The notes under the pieces: generated by a model
The model's database searches: none
Seen by the model: the letters and a program-made list of their open reading frames with translations, nothing else
Told to the model about the DNA's origin: nothing
NCBI GenBank assembly: GCA_965372795.1
Contig: CBDVDR010000001.1
Coordinates: 283,800-347,799 of the forward strand
Direction: 5' to 3'
From: an uncultured bacterium
Lineage (GTDB): Bacteria; Zixibacteria; MSB-5A5; GN15; FEB-12
Length of the DNA: 64,000 bases
Shown here: positions 59,611-64,000 of the stretch, piece after piece
How positions within the stretch are numbered: the first letter of the stretch is position 1
Layout: every line of letters begins with the position of its first letter
Translations under genes and position numbers: made by a program

Positions 59611-60429
59611 TTGATGAATATGAACGATTTAATACCAAAATATCTGAATGGGCGAATGTCCGAAGAAGAAAAGCTTCAATTTGAAAAAGAAGTAGAAGCT
59701 AATTCCGAACTAAAAAGAGAACTTGCCGAATTAAGCCGATTATTTTTGGGAATCGAAATTACTGAAAAACTTGAACAAAACCATGTCGACTCTATGCAGC
59801 TTGTAATTTATGCAGAAAATCCTGGTGAACTGGATGATACAACGCAATTAGAAATATCAGACCATTTAAAAGAATGTCAGGATTGCACCGAAGAGTATAA
59901 AATCTGTTTGGAGGTTACTCAAAACAGCATCGTTAAAAATAAAGTGAGAAAAATATCTGAGAAAAATATAATTCAAAAAATTATCGGTTTCTTGCTCCCT
60001 CCGCAAATGCATCTTCGCCCTGCTGTTGCCTATTTTGCTTTAATCCTGCTCTCTGTGACCTCATATTATTCTTATGAAAGATTCACAATTCCCACTCCGA
60101 CAGTAGATGTTTATACTTTGTCGACAACCACTTTACGCGGCGAGACAAATAAAAATATAATTGAAATCACTATTGATGAAAAATATATCAATCTCGAATT
60201 TTCCATGCCTATTGTGAATAACCAAATGTACGATTTAACAATTTCAGATAATTTAAGTAGTCCCATTTTAACATTTCATAATCAAATTTATAATAATCAA
60301 TTCAAGATATTAGTATCAACTGACCAAATTAGTGAGGGTGATTATAAGATCTCAGTAAAAGATTCCAAGGCTGATTCAGCTAATGATGAAATATTAGAAG
60401 TATCATTTACAATAAAAATTATTGATTAA
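59611..60429 (+). CDS. Membrane anti-sigma factor with zinc-finger (ZAS, HxxxCxxC) domain
   Basis: YL.G.MS.EE...FE anti-sigma-like N-terminus, HLKECQDC, one TM helix, extracytoplasmic TLRG plus beta-rich domain. Confidence 0.8.
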   Translation: MMNMNDLIPKYLNGRMSEEEKLQFEKEVEANSELKRELAELSRLFLGIEITEKLEQNHVDSMQLVIYAENPGELDDTTQLEISDHLKECQDCTEEYKICLEVTQNSIVKNKVRKISEKNIIQKIIGFLLPPQMHLRPAVAYFALILLSVTSYYSYERFTIPTPTVDVYTLSTTTLRGETNKNIIEITIDEKYINLEFSMPIVNNQMYDLTISDNLSSPILTFHNQIYNNQFKILVSTDQISEGDYKISVKDSKADSANDEILEVSFTIKIID

Positions 60430-60456
60430 ATAATCCAGTCTCTTTAACTTCAATAA

Positions 60457-63201
60457 ATGCGTTATCGCTTCCATTTATTATTTATATTAGCAGCACTTAT
60501 TATTTGTTGTTCAAAAAATGAAGACAAATTCGCTGAATTTTCATCATTGTATATTAAGCATCAGGATTCATTATTAACAGCCAAAATCAATACTGCCCCT
60601 GATAAAGTCCGCCGGTATATTATTCATTTACTCAAAGAATATCCTTCAAACAAATACAATCAATCACCTAATTATTCTAAAATTGAATACGAAATAGCTT
60701 GGTTTATAGACAAGTATATAAAACAGACCAATCTGGATGAACTACAAAAGAGGTTTGATCTATACAAAAATTGGAGTCGAAAAGAATTATCAAATAAAAT
60801 ATCGCTTGATTCAACTTTTAGTCACTTGAATAACAACGCCAATACTAAATCTTTTCCAATCAGTTTGAAAAAACTTTTACCTGAGTATGAGAATTTAAAC
60901 GACTCTTTTAAAATTGCTTCTATTTTCTATCAAATTGGAGATTTTTATTTTAATAAGAAAATAAATGATTCAGCAATTACTTATTTTGATAAATCAGTTG
61001 AAGTTGCAAAACATTTTGATAATTTAAATATGATAGGAGATGCCTGGTTTAAAAAATCTATAATCTATCATTACAGATTAGAAAACCGCATTCAAGCTGA
61101 TATTCACTTATACAAATCTGAAGATATATTCAATAAACTAAACCAACGAGATCGTCTGATTTATATCTGGAACATTCAAGGTCATTCTCTTTATAAACAG
61201 TCATTTTTTGATAAGTCTTCTGCAAAGCATAAAATGGTTGCCGATACAGCAAAAATGAAAAACATAAAGAACCTTGAAGCTCAAGCATATAACTATATAG
61301 CGGAAGCATATATTGATTTAGAAAATTTTGATAGTGCTCTAATTTATTGCGAATACTCTATAAAAATTAGAGAAACCATCAACAGCAGTAACAAATCTAA
61401 AAATTCAAATATTGATCTGGCAAATTCTTTTTGTACAAAGGCTCTTATTAAGCAACGACAAAAATCATTCAAGCATGCTAAAGAACTTCTTGATGAAGCA
61501 TTTGAGATTTTCATTAGTTATAAAAACAGCGATGGCATACGATTATGTAATGAACGAAAAGCATGGCTTGACGTTGACATGGGTAATTTTATAGATGCTG
61601 AACAGAAATTCATGAAAAATCTTAGCCTGGGAACTAAGAATGAAACCATCCTGCAGGCTCTTTACGGTTTAGGTGTATGTTATTACAGATTAAATGATAA
61701 CTCAAAAGCATTAGAGTACTTATTGACTTTCGATCAAGTAATAGATGGCATACTTAATCAAATTGATTTTAAGGAATTTAAAAAAGGTATGATTGGTGAC
61801 AAGTCAGACGCTTATGAGTTGATTTCAATACTATATAAAGAAAAATTCGAAACCGACGGCCAAATTTCAAATTTGGATTCTGCATTAAAATATATAGAAA
61901 AAAACAAAGCTCGATCTCTTTTTGAAATGATGGATGTTAAAATTGAAACTACTCCTGAAATTGATTCCCTTGTTTTATTAAAATCAAAATTACTCGTCAA
62001 TCTGCTTAATCCGGAAATTGATCAATCATTTGTCAAAGACTCAATCAATACTATCCGGAGTTCATTATTATTATTGCAATTAAATAATCAAAACAAAATT
62101 AAAAATATCAACGTCACCAAACACAATGATAATATCCGTGATATTGTTACCAATCAAATGCTAAAAGATGATGAGATGATTATCGAATATGTTTTATCAC
62201 CATATGGTTCTTTCATGTTCTTCATTACTAATAATTTGTTTACATATTCTCCTATTACTCTGCCTTTTGATTCAATAAAAGCTTTAACAACACAATACTA
62301 CGATTTGATCTCATCGCCAGAGTCTAAAATTTCAAATAATTTCACGGAACTGGGGAAAACATTATATGACATTTTTATTCCCCACCAGATAATCGAAAAG
62401 GAAAATATCAAGCATCTCATTATAATTCCAACAGATTTATTATACTCACTACCGGTAGAAACATTTATAAACCAATACAATCAATTCCTTATTGAAAATA
62501 ACAGAATTTCCTATGCAAATTCGATACATATATTGGAATCAGCAAATAAAAGAAAATATGCATCGATGACAAAAAAACAAATTGTAAGTTTTGGTGATCC
62601 AATCATTTCAAATGGACTGTCATTTGAACCAATTCCATATACAGCGAAAGAAATAAAATCTATAAATTCAAAATTTAAATCTGCCCAATCAGACATTTTC
62701 TTAAGCAGTGAAGCTACTGAATCTGCATTCAAATCTTATTCGTTTGAAAATGTTCAATATCTTCATATTGCTTCTCACGGATATTGCAATTTTTCAGATC
62801 CGGATCAATCAGGTATTTTATTTTCTCCTTCAACTGAAAATGCGCCGAGCGATATGCTTCATATTGATGAATTCAGAAATCTAAAGATACCAGTGAAACT
62901 TACTTTCTTATCTGCCTGCCAAACCGGCACAGGGAAAGTCCTTCCAGGTGAAGGCGTGATGGGATTGGCTAATCCTTTTATTTTAGCCGGAAGTAAATCG
63001 GTTATTGTAACCCTATGGAAAATAGATGATCGGGCATCATCGAAAATGGTCCCAATGTTTTATGATTATTTACTAAAAGGTTTGCCTATCTCAGAAGCTC
63101 TTTCGTCTGCAAAGAATAAAATGATAAACTCTGATATATCTCTGTATAAACATCCCTTTTATTGGGCTCCATTTATTTATATCGGTTCAAATGACATTTA
63201 A
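60457..63201 (+). CDS. TPR-CHAT (caspase HetF-associated) protease, probable lipoprotein
   Basis: Short signal with Cys (LIICCSK), TPR-like helices, E..KARSL, LIIIP, LHIASHG (His), FLSACQTG (Cys), LWKIDD and HPFYWAPF. Confidence 0.92.
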   Translation: MRYRFHLLFILAALIICCSKNEDKFAEFSSLYIKHQDSLLTAKINTAPDKVRRYIIHLLKEYPSNKYNQSPNYSKIEYEIAWFIDKYIKQTNLDELQKRFDLYKNWSRKELSNKISLDSTFSHLNNNANTKSFPISLKKLLPEYENLNDSFKIASIFYQIGDFYFNKKINDSAITYFDKSVEVAKHFDNLNMIGDAWFKKSIIYHYRLENRIQADIHLYKSEDIFNKLNQRDRLIYIWNIQGHSLYKQSFFDKSSAKHKMVADTAKMKNIKNLEAQAYNYIAEAYIDLENFDSALIYCEYSIKIRETINSSNKSKNSNIDLANSFCTKALIKQRQKSFKHAKELLDEAFEIFISYKNSDGIRLCNERKAWLDVDMGNFIDAEQKFMKNLSLGTKNETILQALYGLGVCYYRLNDNSKALEYLLTFDQVIDGILNQIDFKEFKKGMIGDKSDAYELISILYKEKFETDGQISNLDSALKYIEKNKARSLFEMMDVKIETTPEIDSLVLLKSKLLVNLLNPEIDQSFVKDSINTIRSSLLLLQLNNQNKIKNINVTKHNDNIRDIVTNQMLKDDEMIIEYVLSPYGSFMFFITNNLFTYSPITLPFDSIKALTTQYYDLISSPESKISNNFTELGKTLYDIFIPHQIIEKENIKHLIIIPTDLLYSLPVETFINQYNQFLIENNRISYANSIHILESANKRKYASMTKKQIVSFGDPIISNGLSFEPIPYTAKEIKSINSKFKSAQSDIFLSSEATESAFKSYSFENVQYLHIASHGYCNFSDPDQSGILFSPSTENAPSDMLHIDEFRNLKIPVKLTFLSACQTGTGKVLPGEGVMGLANPFILAGSKSVIVTLWKIDDRASSKMVPMFYDYLLKGLPISEALSSAKNKMINSDISLYKHPFYWAPFIYIGSNDI

Positions 63202-63238
63202 AAAAAGCCGCCGCTTTTGCAAGCAACGACCTTTTTTT
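63200..63238. terminator. Imperfect bidirectional terminator
   Basis: A tract, imperfect GC stem and T tract between convergent genes. Confidence 0.45.
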
Positions 63239-63257
63239 GTAAGAGCACCAAGTTATT

Positions 63258-64000
63258 TTAACAACCGGACGGTGGAGGTCCGGAATTAAATAAATAATCT
63301 ACTATATAAGTCAGATCAGATATTCCAATCGTTCCATCAGTATTTATATCTGCTTCAATTTCACAAGAAGCAGCAGGTCCCATGTTAAAGAGATAATCGA
63401 CAATATAAGTTAAATCCGAGATTCCAATTGTTCCATCATGATTAACATCACCACGAGCGACACAACAGGTTGCATCTGCGCCGTCACAATCCTGATCAAC
63501 GCCATCATCAAGAATTTCTACCGCTCCCGGATGGATACTCGCATTACCATCATTACAATCGGTATTGTCAGAAACATATCCCGGGGGGCAACCGCCTGAT
63601 GATGCTATCATATTTACCGGACTGCCATAACCATCAGCATCTGAATCGGCATAACAAGTGACAGCATCAGCCCCATCACAATCTTCATCAACTCCATTAT
63701 CAGGTATTTCAACCGCTCCCGGATGGACACTGATATTACCATCATTACAATCAGTATTGTCAGAAACATATCCCGGAGGGCAACCGCCTGATGATACTAT
63801 CATATTTACCGGACTGCCGTAACTATCAGCATCTGAATCGGCATAACAGGTAACCGCATCAGCCCCATCACAATCTTCATCTACTCCATTATCAGGAATT
63901 TCTACCGCTCCCGGATGGACACTGACATTACCATCATCACAATCTCCGGCACATTCTGTCCATCCATCACCATCATTATCTATTTCAGAAGCGGGAATTA
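63258..64000 (-). CDS. 3' part of a secreted protein with MopE-like putative metal-binding repeats and a C-terminal dockerin (5' end outside window)
   Basis: Frame is open to the window end; 64-aa (192-bp) DCNDGN..IHPGAVEIPDNGVDEDCDG repeats; CCVARGDVNHDG..GISDLTY dockerin. Confidence 0.82.
   Translation of the reverse strand, partial: IPASEIDNDGDGWTECAGDCDDGNVSVHPGAVEIPDNGVDEDCDGADAVTCYADSDADSYGSPVNMIVSSGGCPPGYVSDNTDCNDGNISVHPGAVEIPDNGVDEDCDGADAVTCYADSDADGYGSPVNMIASSGGCPPGYVSDNTDCNDGNASIHPGAVEILDDGVDQDCDGADATCCVARGDVNHDGTIGISDLTYIVDYLFNMGPAASCEIEADINTDGTIGISDLTYIVDYLFNSGPPPSGC

Overview
Low-GC bacterial chromosome window, most likely from candidate division Zixibacteria or a related FCB-group lineage. 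This is inferred from five secreted proteins ending in a QNYPNPFN...KKxxxLK FlgD/T9SS-type C-terminal domain (CTD) and from CC-GD(V/I)-type dockerin modules. In order, it contains: the tail of a possible Roco-like protein; a cluster of REP-like hairpins; a housekeeping block (K+ channel, tilS, hpt, ftsH, folP, cdaA); giant Ig-repeat surface proteins; a PP2C phosphatase; tRNA-Arg(ACG); a porin plus binding-protein pair; a TSP3-repeat protein; a group 3b [NiFe] hydrogenase operon; peptide-scavenging genes (S9, OPT, TldD/E, M1); a membrane-anchored RdhA-like protein; rsgA with a leader peptide; and hypD with its activase. The most notable part is 47.7-63.2 kb. There an ECF sigma factor, a zinc-finger membrane anti-sigma and a lipoprotein TPR-CHAT (caspase-like) protease sit next to a putative regulon marked by five copies of a fixed-spacing motif, (T/G)(G/A)CAAAC(G/T)-N15-CGCC(A/T)(G/A)T. 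The regulon includes two giant dockerin-bearing secreted proteins with homologous dual-start 38-codon leaders. No CRISPR array, integrase, transposase or rRNA was seen. All calls come from reading the sequence by eye; no database searches were run.
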